The translations under genes were made by a program, and so were the position numbers. The notes under the pieces were generated by a model, which saw only the letters and a program-made list of their open reading frames with translations, did no database searches and had not been told where the DNA came from. From assembly GCA_963797555.1 (NCBI GenBank), contig CAWCPV010000007.1:544001-608000 (forward strand): a stretch of DNA of 64,000 nt. The letters are read 5' to 3'. The DNA comes from an uncultured Gammaproteobacteria bacterium. Its GTDB lineage: Bacteria > Pseudomonadota > Gammaproteobacteria > CAWCPV01. Shown here one piece after another: positions 11,800-23,074 of this stretch (position 1 is the first letter of the stretch; each line of letters starts with the position of its first letter).

Positions 11800-13653
11800 A
11801 TGAACCGTTATCCCTGGTGGAAGTACGTGCTCATCGCGGTGGTCGTCGTGGTGGGCGTCATCTACGCGCTGCCCAATCTCTACGGCGACCAGCCCGCGCT
11901 GCAGATTTCCGCGACCCGCGGGGCGCCCGTCGACGCAGCGCTCGTGACGAGGGTCGAGGGTCTCCTGAAGGGCGCAAATGTGCCCTATACGTCGGTGCGC
12001 GTAACCGGCGCCCAGATCCTGGTCAGGTTCAGCTCCACCGAGCCCCAGCTCAAAGCCCTCGACTTGGTGCGTCAGGGATTGGGGGACGACTACGTGGTGG
12101 CGCTGCATCTCGCCTCCACGACGCCCGGCTGGATGCGTGCCCTCAATGCGCAGCCGATGTATTTAGGGCTCGACCTGCGAGGCGGCGTCTATTTCCTGCT
12201 GGAAGTCGACATGCAGGCCGCCGTGCATCAGGCCGAGGAGCGGTATCTGGGCGACATACGGTCCCTGCTGCGGGAGAAGCGTATCCGCTACCAGCGCGCC
12301 GAGCTGGTTCCGGGTGGCGTAGAGGTCACGTTCGGCAATCGGGAGCAGCTCGATGCGGCACGGGAGGCGATTCATGGGGAGTACCGTGACTTGCTGCTGC
12401 GCGAGCCTTCCACGGAGGGCGGGCTCACGTTCGTGGCGGCTATAAGCGAGCGTGAGAAGACGGCCATCAAAGGGCTGGCCCTGCAGCAGAACATCACCAC
12501 GCTGCGCAACCGCGTCAACGAGCTTGGAGTCGCCGAGCCGCTCATCCAGCAGCAGGGCCAGGAGCGCATCGTGGTGCAGCTCCCGGGGGTGCAGGACACG
12601 GCACGGGCGAAGGAAATCCTGGGCGCCACCGCGACCCTGGAGTTCCGCATGGTCGACATGGAGCACGACGCGCAGCAAGCGGTCGCGGGACACGTCCCGC
12701 CAGGCTCGCGTCTCTACTACGAGCGCAATGGCCGGCCGGTGCTGCTGAAGAACCAGGTGATGTTGACGGGCGACTACATCACCGATGCGAATTCGGGGGT
12801 CGACCAGCAGACCGGCAGCCCGGCGGTGTTCATCACCCTGGACGGCCGGGGCGCTCGCATCTTCAGCGACACCACCAAGCAGAATGTGGGCAAGCTGATG
12901 GCGGTGGTCTTCATCGAGACCAAGAGCGAGACCCGAACCGTCGACGGCAAGCCGGTGAAGACGCATAAGAAGACCGAAGAGGTCATCAGCGTGGCCCGCA
13001 TCCTGCAGCCGCTCGGAAGACGCTTCCAGATCACCGGACTGGAGAGCATGAACGAGGCCCACAATCTCGCGCTGCTGCTGCGCGCCGGAGCCTTGGCCGC
13101 GCCCATGGACATCGTCGAGGAGCGCACGGTCGGTCCGAGCCTGGGCCAGGACAATATCAACCAGGGGTTTCGGTCCACCATCATCGGCTTTGTGCTGGTG
13201 CTTATTTTCATGGCCGTCCGCTATCGGGTGTTCGGGCTGGTGGCAAACTTGGCGCTTACTCTGAATCTAGTGCTGATCGTGGCCATCATGTCCATGCTCC
13301 AGGCGACCCTCACCCTGCCGGGCATCGCCGGCATCGTGCTGACTCTCGGTATGGCGGTGGATGCCAACGTGCTGATCAACGAGCGCATCCGCGAGGAGCT
13401 TGCGGCCGGCAACAGTCCCCAAGCGAGCATTCACGCCGGCTATGAGCGTGCGATGGCCACCATCGCGGACGCCAACCTCACCACCCTGATCGCCGCCGTC
13501 GTGCTATTCGGATTCGGGACGGGGCCTATCAAGGGCTTCGCCGTCACCCTGACGATCGGCATCCTGACCTCCATGTTCACCGCCATCATGGGGACCCGGG
13601 CGGTAATCAATCTGGCGTTCGGCGGCCGGCGCCTGCGCGCCCTGCCGGTCTGA
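11800..13653 (+). CDS. secD: protein translocase subunit SecD
   Basis: LGLDLRGG, RVNELGVAEP, LTLPGIAGIVLTLGMAVDANVLINERIREE. Confidence 0.98.
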   Translation: MNRYPWWKYVLIAVVVVVGVIYALPNLYGDQPALQISATRGAPVDAALVTRVEGLLKGANVPYTSVRVTGAQILVRFSSTEPQLKALDLVRQGLGDDYVVALHLASTTPGWMRALNAQPMYLGLDLRGGVYFLLEVDMQAAVHQAEERYLGDIRSLLREKRIRYQRAELVPGGVEVTFGNREQLDAAREAIHGEYRDLLLREPSTEGGLTFVAAISEREKTAIKGLALQQNITTLRNRVNELGVAEPLIQQQGQERIVVQLPGVQDTARAKEILGATATLEFRMVDMEHDAQQAVAGHVPPGSRLYYERNGRPVLLKNQVMLTGDYITDANSGVDQQTGSPAVFITLDGRGARIFSDTTKQNVGKLMAVVFIETKSETRTVDGKPVKTHKKTEEVISVARILQPLGRRFQITGLESMNEAHNLALLLRAGALAAPMDIVEERTVGPSLGQDNINQGFRSTIIGFVLVLIFMAVRYRVFGLVANLALTLNLVLIVAIMSMLQATLTLPGIAGIVLTLGMAVDANVLINERIREELAAGNSPQASIHAGYERAMATIADANLTTLIAAVVLFGFGTGPIKGFAVTLTIGILTSMFTAIMGTRAVINLAFGGRRLRALPV

Positions 13654-13662
13654 GAAGCCATC

Positions 13663-14586
13663 ATGGCCAGGGAGTACACACAGTTTCACTTCGACTTCAT
13701 GGCGCAGCGCAAGCTCTGGCTGATGGTGTCGGCGCTGATGTTGGTCGTGTCCGTGCTGTCCGTCGCGATTCGCGGACTGAACTTGGGTATCGACTTCACG
13801 GGAGGCACGGTGATCGAGCTCGGCTACCGCGAGCCCGTCGAGCTTCACGGAGTGCGCTCGGCCCTGGAAACGGGCGGGTTGAGCGGTGCCGTTGCGCAGC
13901 ACTTCGGGACCGCCCGCGACGTGCTGGTGCGGCTGCCTCCGCGGGAGGCGACCAGCGCCAAGCTGAGCACCCAGGCCATGGACCTTCTGACGCGCGCCTC
14001 GCCCCAGAATCCACCCGAGCTTCGGCGCGTGGAGTACGTGGGTCCGCAGGTGGGCGGCGAGCTGGTGGAGGCCGGGGGGTTGTCCCTCATTTTGGTGCTG
14101 CTGGGGATCCTGATCTATATCGCTCTGCGTTTCGAATATCGCTTCGCGGTCGGGGCCGTGATCGCCACCGTGCACGACCCGGTGCTCATCGTCGGCGTGT
14201 TCTCGCTATTCCAGATTGAGTTCGACCTCACGGTGCTGGCGGCCGTCCTGGCGGTCATCGGTTACTCGGTGAACGACACCATCGTGGTCTACGACCGCAT
14301 CCGGGAGAACTTCCGCAAGATGCGCAAGGGGACCACTCTCGAGATCGTCAACGCCTCCGTCAACCAGACGCTCACGCGCAGTATCATGACCTCCGTCACC
14401 ACGATGCTGGTCGTCGTGGCCCTGTTCTTCTTCGGCGGTGAGATCATCCACGGATTCTCCCTCGCGCTCATCCTGGGCATCGTGGTCGGCACGTACTCTT
14501 CCATCTACGTGGCGAGTGCGGCCGCGGTCATGCTAGGGGTGAGCCGGGCCGATCTGATGCCGGTGAAGAAGGAGGGGGCCGGCTGA
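13663..14586 (+). CDS. secF: protein translocase subunit SecF
   Basis: GIDFTGG, GYSVNDTIVVYDRIREN, GTYSSIY. Confidence 0.98.
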   Translation: MAREYTQFHFDFMAQRKLWLMVSALMLVVSVLSVAIRGLNLGIDFTGGTVIELGYREPVELHGVRSALETGGLSGAVAQHFGTARDVLVRLPPREATSAKLSTQAMDLLTRASPQNPPELRRVEYVGPQVGGELVEAGGLSLILVLLGILIYIALRFEYRFAVGAVIATVHDPVLIVGVFSLFQIEFDLTVLAAVLAVIGYSVNDTIVVYDRIRENFRKMRKGTTLEIVNASVNQTLTRSIMTSVTTMLVVVALFFFGGEIIHGFSLALILGIVVGTYSSIYVASAAAVMLGVSRADLMPVKKEGAG

Positions 14587-14665
14587 CCCGAAGGGGCTTA
14601 CCAGAGGGTGAGCTGTGCGCCGTGAAGGCGCGGGCTTTGGTCTTTGCCTTGCAAAGGCTGGCGGC

Positions 14666-15466
14666 CTAGCGCCGCAGAGCGGGCGGCAGGCAAGGCCCGA
14701 GCACCTCGAGCATCGCCTCGGCGACGGGCGGGGTGCCCGCAATGATGTTGCCCGTGGCGAGGAAATCGCCACCCCCGGCAAAGTCACTGACGAAGCCCCC
14801 GGCCTCCTGTACCAGAAGGGCGCCGGCGGCCATGTCCCACGGGCTCAGCCCGATCTCCCAGAAGCCGTCCAGGCGCCCGGCCGCCACATAGGCCAAGTCC
14901 AGGGCCGCGGAGCCTGTCCGGCGTATCCCGGAGGTCTGCGGAAACAGTGCTCGGAACGTGCACAGGTAGTCGTCGAGGTATTCCTGGCGCCGGAACGGAA
15001 ATCCCGTCCCCAGAAGGGCCGCGTCCAGGTGTTTGACCTTGCTGACGCGGAGGCGACGGTCGTTGAGGGCTGCGCCGCCCCCGCGGGAGGCGGTGAACAG
15101 CTCGTTGCGAAGGGGGTCGAAGATCACCCCGTGCTGCAGGTTTCCGCGATGGCGCAGGGCGATGGCGACGGCGAACTGGGGAAAGCCGTGCAGGAAGTTC
15201 GTGGTGCCGTCCAGAGGGTCGATGACCCACTGATACTCGTCACCGCTCTGGCTGCCGCTCTCCTCGGCCAGAATCGAATGGTCGGGATAGGCTTTGTGGA
15301 GCACGGCGATGATGGTTCGCTCGGCCAGGCGATCCACCTCGCTCACGAAGTCATGGTGGTCCTTCTCGGCTACGGCGACGCTGTCCACGCGATCGACGTA
15401 TCGCAGGATCATGTTGCCGGCGCTGCGTGCGGCGCGGACAGCCATATTCAGCATGGGGTGTTGCAT
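14666..15466 (-). CDS. suhB: inositol-1-monophosphatase / Nus factor SuhB
   Basis: WVIDPLDGTTNF, GSAALDLAYVAAGR, PWDMAAG. Confidence 0.96.
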   Translation of the reverse strand: MQHPMLNMAVRAARSAGNMILRYVDRVDSVAVAEKDHHDFVSEVDRLAERTIIAVLHKAYPDHSILAEESGSQSGDEYQWVIDPLDGTTNFLHGFPQFAVAIALRHRGNLQHGVIFDPLRNELFTASRGGGAALNDRRLRVSKVKHLDAALLGTGFPFRRQEYLDDYLCTFRALFPQTSGIRRTGSAALDLAYVAAGRLDGFWEIGLSPWDMAAGALLVQEAGGFVSDFAGGGDFLATGNIIAGTPPVAEAMLEVLGPCLPPALRR

Positions 15467-15741
15467 GGGGGCGATTCCGGGGATGGCCGAGCCGGCTGTG
15501 ACGTTGCGAGCGATGCCCGGCCGGTCGCGCGGGCGTTACGCTATGGGGCACGAAGGGCGAGCACTGCCGGGCTCAAACCGTGCCGCCGTTCCGGCTGGGC
15601 GGCCCGCCTGCGGCAGTCCAGGGCGAGGCGTGTCTATTATCTCCGAACGCGCTTGCCAAGTCATCGGCTGAATATGGTACCCGAGCGTGCAAGGCGGGCC
15701 TGAGCCCCATCTCGGGCTCGGTGCGTCGGTTGCTAACAGGC

Positions 15742-16531
15742 ATGTCGAGATCCAACCTCGGGCAAGGGCCCAGCGACCCCCGTCCACGTATCCGATTCGT
15801 GCTGGTGAATACGTCGCATCCGGGGAACATCGGCGCGGCGGCCCGCGCCATGAAGACCATGGGCTTGCACCAGCTCTATCTGGTCAATCCGAAGACCCCC
15901 CTGAACGCCGAGGCGACGGCCCGTGCCTCGGGTGCGGACGACGTTCCTGGCCGCCGCAACGGTTTGCGGTGAGCTGGACGAGGCGCTCGGCGACTGTGTC
16001 TTGATATGCGGCACCAGCGCACGGTCTAGGCACCTCCCGTGGCCGCAACTGGAGCCCCGTGAGGCTGCGAGGGAGGTCGCTCGGCAGGCGGGGTGTGGGG
16101 CGGTGGCGGTGGTGTTTGGCGGCGAGCACTCGGGCTTGAGCAACGCGGAGCTGGAACGGTGTCACTTCCTGGTATCCATCCCTACGGGCGAAGAGTACCG
16201 TTCTCTGAACCTCGCGGCGGCTGTCCAGGTTGTCGCCTACGAGATCCTGCTCGCGGCCAGAGCGCCCATGACGGGGGAGGGGCCGCGTGCGGACTATGCG
16301 ACAGCGGAGGACATGGAGCGGCTCTACGCCCACCTGCAGCAGACACTCGTCTCGATCGGCTTCCTGGACCCCACCAATCCGCGCCACTTGATGCGGCGCC
16401 TCAAGCGCCTGTTGGTCCGTGCGCGACCGGACAAGGTGGAGGTGAGCATCTTGCGGGGCATATTGACGGCCGCGCAACGGCTCGCGCGGCCGGCAAGAGC
16501 GCTCGGTGACAGGGGCAATGATGTTGAGTAA
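15742..16531 (+). CDS. trmJ: tRNA C32/U32 2'-O-methyltransferase TrmJ (one frameshift near 15945)
   Basis: [22 protein letters not shown] in one frame; [24 protein letters not shown] and LRGIL in the next frame. Confidence 0.9.
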
Positions 16532-16544
16532 CATAGTCAGGTAT
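16520..16544 (+). promoter_or_regulatory. IscR type-1 binding site upstream of cysE
   Basis: GATGTTGAGTAACATAGTCAGGTAT matches the consensus ATASYYGACTRwwwYAGTCRRSTAT. Confidence 0.7.
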
Positions 16545-16560
16545 GAAGTCGGAGTGAACG

Positions 16561-17367
16561 ATGTTTGACCGTCTGCGCGAAGATGTGCGCTGCGTATTCG
16601 AGCGGGATCCTTCCGCACGAACGACCTGGGAGGTACTGACCACTTATCCGGGGTTCCACGCGATACGGCTGCATCGGCTCAGCCACGCCCTGTGGAGTGC
16701 GAACTGGAAATGGCTGGCACGGTGGTTATCGGCCGTGGGCCGTTGGCTGACGGGCATCGAGATTCACCCGGCGGCGCAGATCGGACGTCGTTTCTTCGTC
16801 GATCACGGCATGGGTGTGGTGATCGGCGAAACGGCGGAGATCGGCGACGACTGCACCCTCTACCATGGGGTCACTCTGGGGGGCACGAGCTGGCAGAAGG
16901 GGAAGCGACATCCGACCCTGGGTGACAACGTGGTGGTCGGGGCGGGGGCTACGGTTCTCGGCCCCATCACGGTAGGTGACGGGGCTCGCATCGGCTCCAA
17001 CGCGGTGGTCGTCAAGGAGGTACCCGCGGGTGCGACAGTAGTCGGTGTGCCCGGCCACGTGGTGAGCGGCTTCGGCGGAGAGTTGGAGGAACGCCGCCGC
17101 GCCGTGGCCAAGAGGATGGGATTTGACGCATACGGGATGAAGCGTGACATGCCCGACCCCCTGGCGCACGCCATCAACTGCATGCTGGACCATATCCATG
17201 CCATGGACCAACGCATGGACGCGATGGCGCAGACGTTACACAGACTGGGCATCGAGGTAGATGGCGGGGACCTCCCCAGCCTGGACGCGTGCGAGATCGA
17301 CGAGGCCCACGTACCGTCGGGAACCCCTTCGGAAGAGGCCGTAAGAGCGAGGGCCTCGGGTAAATAG
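16561..17367 (+). CDS. cysE: serine O-acetyltransferase
   Basis: [42 protein letters not shown] hexapeptide repeats. Confidence 0.96.
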   Translation: MFDRLREDVRCVFERDPSARTTWEVLTTYPGFHAIRLHRLSHALWSANWKWLARWLSAVGRWLTGIEIHPAAQIGRRFFVDHGMGVVIGETAEIGDDCTLYHGVTLGGTSWQKGKRHPTLGDNVVVGAGATVLGPITVGDGARIGSNAVVVKEVPAGATVVGVPGHVVSGFGGELEERRRAVAKRMGFDAYGMKRDMPDPLAHAINCMLDHIHAMDQRMDAMAQTLHRLGIEVDGGDLPSLDACEIDEAHVPSGTPSEEAVRARASGK

Positions 17368-17397
17368 TTGAATAAAATGCTAAGGTTAAGGTATGAT
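17364..17397 (+). promoter_or_regulatory. iscR promoter overlapped by an IscR type-1 site
   Basis: ATAGTTGAATAAAATGCTAAGGTTA box; -35 TTGAAT (17368) and -10 TATGAT (17392), 18-nt spacer. Confidence 0.7.
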
Positions 17398-17425
17398 GTC
17401 TTGCCACCAAATGAGGTGATCGATC

Positions 17426-17923
17426 ATGAAGTTGACGACGAAGGGCCGCTATGCGGTGACGGCGATGCTGGATCTTGCGCTGCACCAGGCCGAAGGCCCC
17501 ATCACGCTGGCGGACATTTCTGAGCGCCAGGGTATTTCGGTCTCCTACTTGGAACAGCTATTCGCTCGACTGCGGAAGAAGGGCTTGGTAGAGAGCACCC
17601 GCGGGCCGGGGGGAGGTTATCGGCTGAGCCGTGACGGGGGCCAGATCGCCGTCGCCAACGTCATCTCGGCCGTGGACGAAAAGGTGGATGCCACCCGCTG
17701 CGGCGGAAAGGTCAACTGCCAGGACGAGCAGCAGTGTCTGACCCATGACCTGTGGATGGATCTGAGCCATCAGATCCAGAGCTTCCTCTCCTCCATCACC
17801 CTGAGCGACCTCGTCGCGCGCCGTGGCGTCAAGGAGGTCTCTCGGCGCCAGGATCACCTGTTTCGGGGCCGTTATTCCGCGCATGGGCCGAGCCTGAAAG
17901 GGGCGCGCGTGGGGCCTGCCTGA
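17426..17923 (+). CDS. iscR: Fe-S cluster assembly regulator IscR
   Basis: [33 protein letters not shown]-x5-C-x5-C-x2-H. Confidence 0.95.
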   Translation: MKLTTKGRYAVTAMLDLALHQAEGPITLADISERQGISVSYLEQLFARLRKKGLVESTRGPGGGYRLSRDGGQIAVANVISAVDEKVDATRCGGKVNCQDEQQCLTHDLWMDLSHQIQSFLSSITLSDLVARRGVKEVSRRQDHLFRGRYSAHGPSLKGARVGPA

Positions 17924-17935
17924 CCGCGTCAGGTC

Positions 17936-19093
17936 GTGGGAGTCTCTACTTATCTGGATCACAACGCCAGCACTCCTCTGGACCCGCGGGTGCTGGATGC
18001 CATGACGCCCTATCTGAGCGGGTGCTGGGCCAATCCTTCAAGCATACACGCCCCCGGCCGTCAAGCCCGACAGGCCATAGACCAGGCGCGGGAGCAGGTG
18101 GCGGCCCTGGTGGGCGCGCACCCTACCCGAGTCGTGTTCACCTCGGGCGGCACCGAGGCTAACAATCTAGCTCTCAAGGGATATGCTCAGGTCGTCGGCC
18201 GCGGATGCTTCGCGGTAAGCGCGGTGGAGCATGCCTCCGTGCTCGGACCTGCCCTGGCGCTGGAACATCGGGGCTGGCAGGTGGACATCCTTCCGGTGGA
18301 CGGCGAGGGACGCCTGATCCTGACGGCTCTCGTCGAGAGTCTGGATCATTGCACTGGGCTGGTGTCGGTCATGATGGCGAACAACGAGACCGGCGTTCTG
18401 CAAGAACTCCCCGCCATCAGCGATGCGGTGCGGGCCGCGGGAGGTCTGTTGCATACGGACGCCGTACAGGCCGCCGGCAAGGTGCCCGTTGATTTCCAGC
18501 GCTGCGGCGCCCATATGTTGAGCTTGTCCGCCCATAAGCTCGGAGGCCCCAAAGGGGCCGGTGCGCTCATCGTAAACAACGCGGTGGAGCTGGAGCCCAT
18601 ACTCGTCGGCGGCGGACAGGAGCGCGGCTTGCGCGGCGGCACGGAAAACGTTCCGGCGATCGTCGGATTCGGCGTGGCGGCAGAGCTGGCCGCCTCCGAG
18701 ATCGGGCAGCGTCGCGAGCAAATGCTGGCGCTGCGCCGCAAGCTGGAAGCGGAGCTTGCCGCCATGCCGGAGGTGCGGGTATTCGGGCAAGAGGCGGAGC
18801 GACTTCCCAACACGGTCATGTTCAGCCTGCCGGGTATCGCGGGTGAGACCTTGCTGATGGGTCTCGACCGTGCGGGCTTTGCGCTCGCCAGCGGCTCTGC
18901 CTGCTCCAGCCAAGGGGCAAACCCGAGCCACGTGCTTCTTGCCATGGGTGTCGATGCGGCCCTCGCCCACGGCGCGGTGCGGGTGAGCTTTGGCCCGACC
19001 AATGAGCTGCAGGACGTGGAGCGCCTTTGCCGGGAGCTGGGCGCGGCGCAGCGACCGCAGGTGGGGTCCGCCGTGGCGGCTTGGGAAGGATGA
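17936..19093 (+). CDS. iscS: cysteine desulfurase (IscS/NifS family)
   Basis: YLDHNAST, FTSGGTEANN, HTDAVQ, SAHK (PLP Lys), SGSACSS. Confidence 0.88.
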   Translation: MGVSTYLDHNASTPLDPRVLDAMTPYLSGCWANPSSIHAPGRQARQAIDQAREQVAALVGAHPTRVVFTSGGTEANNLALKGYAQVVGRGCFAVSAVEHASVLGPALALEHRGWQVDILPVDGEGRLILTALVESLDHCTGLVSVMMANNETGVLQELPAISDAVRAAGGLLHTDAVQAAGKVPVDFQRCGAHMLSLSAHKLGGPKGAGALIVNNAVELEPILVGGGQERGLRGGTENVPAIVGFGVAAELAASEIGQRREQMLALRRKLEAELAAMPEVRVFGQEAERLPNTVMFSLPGIAGETLLMGLDRAGFALASGSACSSQGANPSHVLLAMGVDAALAHGAVRVSFGPTNELQDVERLCRELGAAQRPQVGSAVAAWEG

Positions 19094-19185
19094 GAACCTT
19101 GTGCTGCGGGTGTTCCGACGCTGGCGCGTGGGGTACTCGCGGCGCGTTGCCGTAGATATCGAGGCAGTACTCAGGAGGTTCAGCT

Positions 19186-19509
19186 ATGTCTATCACACTG
19201 ACCGAGGCGGCTGCACAGCACGTGCAGAAGTCGCTGACCAAGCGCGGAAAGGGCCAAGGACTGCGCGTCGGGGTGCGTAAGTCAGGTTGCTCGGGCCTCG
19301 CTTACGTCGTGGAGCTGGCGGACGTAGCCGCCCCGGAGGATGAGGTCTTCGAGAACCACGGCGTCCGGTTGTTCGTCGACCGCAGGAGTCTGGTCTACCT
19401 AGACGGCACGGAGCTGGACTACCGCAAGGAGGGCCTGAACGAGGGGTTTCGTTTCAACAACCCCAACGTCCGCAGTCAGTGCGGCTGCGGCGAGAGCTTC
19501 AACACCTAG
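19186..19509 (+). CDS. iscA: iron-sulfur cluster assembly accessory protein IscA
   Basis: [20 protein letters not shown]. Confidence 0.94.
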   Translation: MSITLTEAAAQHVQKSLTKRGKGQGLRVGVRKSGCSGLAYVVELADVAAPEDEVFENHGVRLFVDRRSLVYLDGTELDYRKEGLNEGFRFNNPNVRSQCGCGESFNT

Positions 19510-19787
19510 CACGCATCCTGTTTTCGGGATGCGCGCGGTGCATCGCCGTGCGCTACTGGCCCACCGCCCGCCCTCGCATCCCAGGCATCAGCGCTGCGCG
19601 CGTTGCTAAGCCCAGCCTCCCGGCAGCCCAGCCGTTTGCCTCCTCCGTTCATCTGGCGCTAGACTAAGTGCCGCGCGGGTCTCAGGCCAGCCTTTTGGGC
19701 CAGCCTAGCGCCCGCCGAGCCTCGTCGGGGCAAGGTGAAGGGCGACGGCGCATGCGACGGCCTACGCGGTCGCGTAGGCGAGGGTCA

Positions 19788-19955
19788 GTGGTGCCAAGAA
19801 GGGAGTTGGTGGTCATCAAGCCTGAGTCGGTGGCTAAGAAACTCGGCGCACGAGCGTTCACGGGCGTAGACTGCGGTGGCACTCGCGATGCCGCCGCCCC
19901 AGGGTGCACCCTCGACGGCGGCAGGTGGAGGTGGTTTCACGATGTCCGCCGGCTT
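19788..19955 (+). pseudogene. ndk: degraded nucleoside-diphosphate kinase remnant
   Basis: VPRRELVVIKPESVAKKLG resembles Ndk MAxERTxxIIKPDAVAKxxIG. Later broken-frame QVE/WFHDVRR resembles QAEGFYxVH. It sits directly upstream of rlmN, the canonical ndk position. Confidence 0.6.
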
Positions 19956-20013
19956 GGCCCGTCCTGTCGGTGCGCATGATCCCGCCAGACATGGCATCGG
20001 TTCTCCAAGTCTG

Positions 20014-21129
20014 ATGCATTCTTCTCCTGCTGACATCCATTCTCGGCCCGCCAGGGTCAATCTCCTGGGATTGGACCGAGCGGCCCTAGCGGGCTTTTTC
20101 GCGCAGAACGGCGAGAAGCCGTTCCGCACCGACCAGGTCATGAAATGGGTCCACCAGTTGGGCGTCGCGGACTTCGCTGCGATGACGAATCTCAGCAAGG
20201 ACCTGCGCGTCCGCCTGCATGAGGTGGCCGAGGTGCGAGCGCCCGAACTGGTGACAGAAGATGCGGGGCAGGACGGCACGCTGAAGTGGCTGCTTCGCCT
20301 CGACGGCGGCAACTGCATCGAGACGGTGTTCATTCCGGAAGCCGGGCGCAACACCCTTTGCGTCTCATCCCAAGTGGGATGTGCCCTGGAATGCGCGTTC
20401 TGCGCCACGGGAAGCCAGGGCTTCAACCGCAACTTGACTAGCGCCGAGATCATCGGCCAGCTTTGGCTCGCACGCCGGATGCTGCGCGCGCGTGACCCGC
20501 GTCTGGGCATCAGTAACCTGGTGCTGATGGGCATGGGCGAGCCGCTGTTGAACTTCCACAACGTGGTGGCAGCATTGCGTTTGATGCTGGAAGACCTGGC
20601 CTACGGCCTGTCCTGGCGCCGCGTTACGCTGAGTACGGCTGGCGTCGTGCCGGCCATCGACCGCTTGGCGGAAGCCTGCCCGGTGAACCTCGCGGTCTCG
20701 CTTCACGCGCCCGACGACGCGCTGCGCAGCGAGCTGGTCCCATTGAACAGGAAGTATCCTTTGGGCGCGTTGCTGGATGCATGCCGCCGCTACGCAAGAC
20801 AGGATCGGCGGTGCAGGATAACGTTCGAATACGTGTTACTCGACGGAGTCAACGATTCACCCACCCAAGCGCGCTCGCTGGTCCGCCTGCTCCAGGACAT
20901 CCCCGCGAAGGTCAATTTGATTCCGTTCAACTCTTTCCCTGGAACGCGATTCCAATGCTCGGGGGCGGAGGCCATCGAGCGCTTTCGGGGGGTTCTCATG
21001 GCTGCGGGCCTGGTCACGGTCACGCGCAGGACGCGAGGTTCGGATATCGCTGCGGCATGCGGGCAACTGGCGGGCCAAGTGGCCGACCGTACCAAGCGCC
21101 GCCTCGGGCGCGGGGATCTGGTGCATTGA
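20014..21129 (+). CDS. rlmN: dual-specificity RNA methyltransferase RlmN
   Basis: [41 protein letters not shown]. Confidence 0.96.
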   Translation: MHSSPADIHSRPARVNLLGLDRAALAGFFAQNGEKPFRTDQVMKWVHQLGVADFAAMTNLSKDLRVRLHEVAEVRAPELVTEDAGQDGTLKWLLRLDGGNCIETVFIPEAGRNTLCVSSQVGCALECAFCATGSQGFNRNLTSAEIIGQLWLARRMLRARDPRLGISNLVLMGMGEPLLNFHNVVAALRLMLEDLAYGLSWRRVTLSTAGVVPAIDRLAEACPVNLAVSLHAPDDALRSELVPLNRKYPLGALLDACRRYARQDRRCRITFEYVLLDGVNDSPTQARSLVRLLQDIPAKVNLIPFNSFPGTRFQCSGAEAIERFRGVLMAAGLVTVTRRTRGSDIAAACGQLAGQVADRTKRRLGRGDLVH

Positions 21130-21890
21130 CGAGGCGGCGGTTGCTCTGCGGGCTCGCGCTGGCGGCCGCACTGGCAGGCTGCACCAACCAGCCGACACGG
21201 CCAACGTCCGGTGAGAGCCCGGGCGCGCCCTTGATCAAGCTCGGTGTGGCGTACATGGAGCGGGGGGATCAGGCGGTGGCGCTGCAGAAGCTGCAGCGCG
21301 GTCTGGAGCTGGACCCGAACCTGCCCACCGGGCACTATGCGATTGCGTTGCTCTACGAGCAGTTGGGGGAGCTGGACAAGGCGGAGAAGCATTTTCGCCG
21401 CGCCATCTCTCTGCAGCCGGATTATGCCGAGGCACACAATGCCTACGGCGCGTTCCTGTGCCGCAAGGGGCAGTTCGATGCGGCGGACAAGCAGTTCATG
21501 ATCGCTGCCCAGAACCCCCTGTACAGCACGCGAGGCCTGGCTTACGCGAACGCAGGACTGTGCGCTCTCAGGCGGCCCGACGCGGCCTCGGCGGAGAAGT
21601 ATTTCCGGGAGGCATTGCGCATCAACCCGACGCAGTCCACTGCCCTGTTTCAGATGGCCGCGCTGAGCTATGAAGCCGGTCGCTACCTCAATGCACGGGC
21701 GTACCTGCAGCGCTACCAGGAGGTCGGGCCGCAGACCCCTGAGACGCTGTGGCTCGGTGTGCGCACGGAGCGTCAGTTGGGCGACGGGAAGGCAGCGGCG
21801 GGTTACGCGCTCCTCCTGCGGGAGCGATACCCGGACTCCGAGCAGGCGCAGCAGCTCCAAGCGATCGACAAGGGAGGAGCGGAGCAGTGA
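21126..21890 (+). CDS. pilW: type IV pilus biogenesis/stability lipoprotein PilW (PilF)
   Basis: Lipobox LAGC, TPR repeats, [12 protein letters not shown]; synteny rlmN-pilW-rodZ. Confidence 0.9.
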   Translation: MTRRRLLCGLALAAALAGCTNQPTRPTSGESPGAPLIKLGVAYMERGDQAVALQKLQRGLELDPNLPTGHYAIALLYEQLGELDKAEKHFRRAISLQPDYAEAHNAYGAFLCRKGQFDAADKQFMIAAQNPLYSTRGLAYANAGLCALRRPDAASAEKYFREALRINPTQSTALFQMAALSYEAGRYLNARAYLQRYQEVGPQTPETLWLGVRTERQLGDGKAAAGYALLLRERYPDSEQAQQLQAIDKGGAEQ

Positions 21891-22876
21891 GCGAGGGCGA
21901 GATTCTCGAGCAAATCCTTGATCCGGCCATGGCCGAAGTGGGTAGCCCTGGACGGCGGCTGAGGGAGGCGCGCGAGGCCTACCGCTGGACCCGGGAGGAC
22001 GTGGCTTCTCAGCTACGCTTACCGGCCGCCGTCATCGGGGCGCTGGAGCGTGACGATTACAAGAGTCTGCCGCCGCCAGCCTACGTGCGCGGTTATCTGC
22101 GCAGCTATGCCCGTCTCCTGGACCTGCCGGAGGCGATGGTGAGCGAAGCTTACCAGAGCCTTCAGATCGTGGTTCCAGGTCGGGAGCCGGCGAGTCTGAG
22201 GACTGGCCGCCAAGCCACTAGCCGGGATCGGCGGGTGCGCTGGTTCACTTACCTGCTCACGGTCGTCCTCATCGCGCTACCGGTCATCTGGTGGCAGACG
22301 CAGGGCTCGTTCCGGTTCTGGGAGACCTCGCCGGCTGACGCCGGTCCGGCCCTGCCGAACCCGCTGGTACCGACGGAAGAGCCTCGGGCGGCGACAACTT
22401 CGCAGACTCCCCAACCCGATACGGCCTCCAGCACTGCAGTCCCCGAAGACACTGCCCCAACCGTGGACGAGAACGAGCTGGCGGCGGTGGAGACCGCGGA
22501 GCTTGCGACGGACCACGAAGTGAGTGGCGAGGCTGCCTCCGCGGCGCAGCCGGGGCCCGCTCACCCCGCACCCGCCAAGCCGCGAGCGGCCGCCGTGACG
22601 AGCTCGGCAACTGCGCCAACGGTGCAGCTCGACGTGTTGACGCTGCGTGCTCGATCCGGGTCCTGGGTGTCTGTCCGCGACGCCGACGGAAAGAGGCTTA
22701 TGTACCGAGTGATCTCCCGCGGCGGCGTCAAGACTTTGAAGGGAAGAGCGCCATTCCAGGTGGTGCTGGGTAACCCGCATGACGTGTCGGTCGATTACAA
22801 CGGCAAGCCGGTGGATTTACAGCGCTATGCCCGCGAGGGGGTGACGCGCTTCGAGGTCGGGTCCGGCCACGAGTAG
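21887..22876 (+). CDS. rodZ: cytoskeleton protein RodZ
   Basis: HTH with YVRGYLRSYARLL, single TM helix, C-terminal SWVSVRDADG domain. Confidence 0.9.
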   Translation: MSEGEILEQILDPAMAEVGSPGRRLREAREAYRWTREDVASQLRLPAAVIGALERDDYKSLPPPAYVRGYLRSYARLLDLPEAMVSEAYQSLQIVVPGREPASLRTGRQATSRDRRVRWFTYLLTVVLIALPVIWWQTQGSFRFWETSPADAGPALPNPLVPTEEPRAATTSQTPQPDTASSTAVPEDTAPTVDENELAAVETAELATDHEVSGEAASAAQPGPAHPAPAKPRAAAVTSSATAPTVQLDVLTLRARSGSWVSVRDADGKRLMYRVISRGGVKTLKGRAPFQVVLGNPHDVSVDYNGKPVDLQRYAREGVTRFEVGSGHE

Positions 22877-23074
22877 CTGCGCTCACTGGCGCTGGCAAGG
22901 CCGTCGAGTGTGACCACGGATTGGCGCCCGCGGTGAGGGCTTGTGAATGAAGCTTGCTGAGGACCTCTCTGGCGGCGTGGTGCGACGCTGGCTCTACCGG
23001 CGAGGTGGCTGCTCACAATACCTCGTGAGGCTCCCTCGCTCGCGGGGGGCAATACAGACGGGGTAGGCAAGGCG

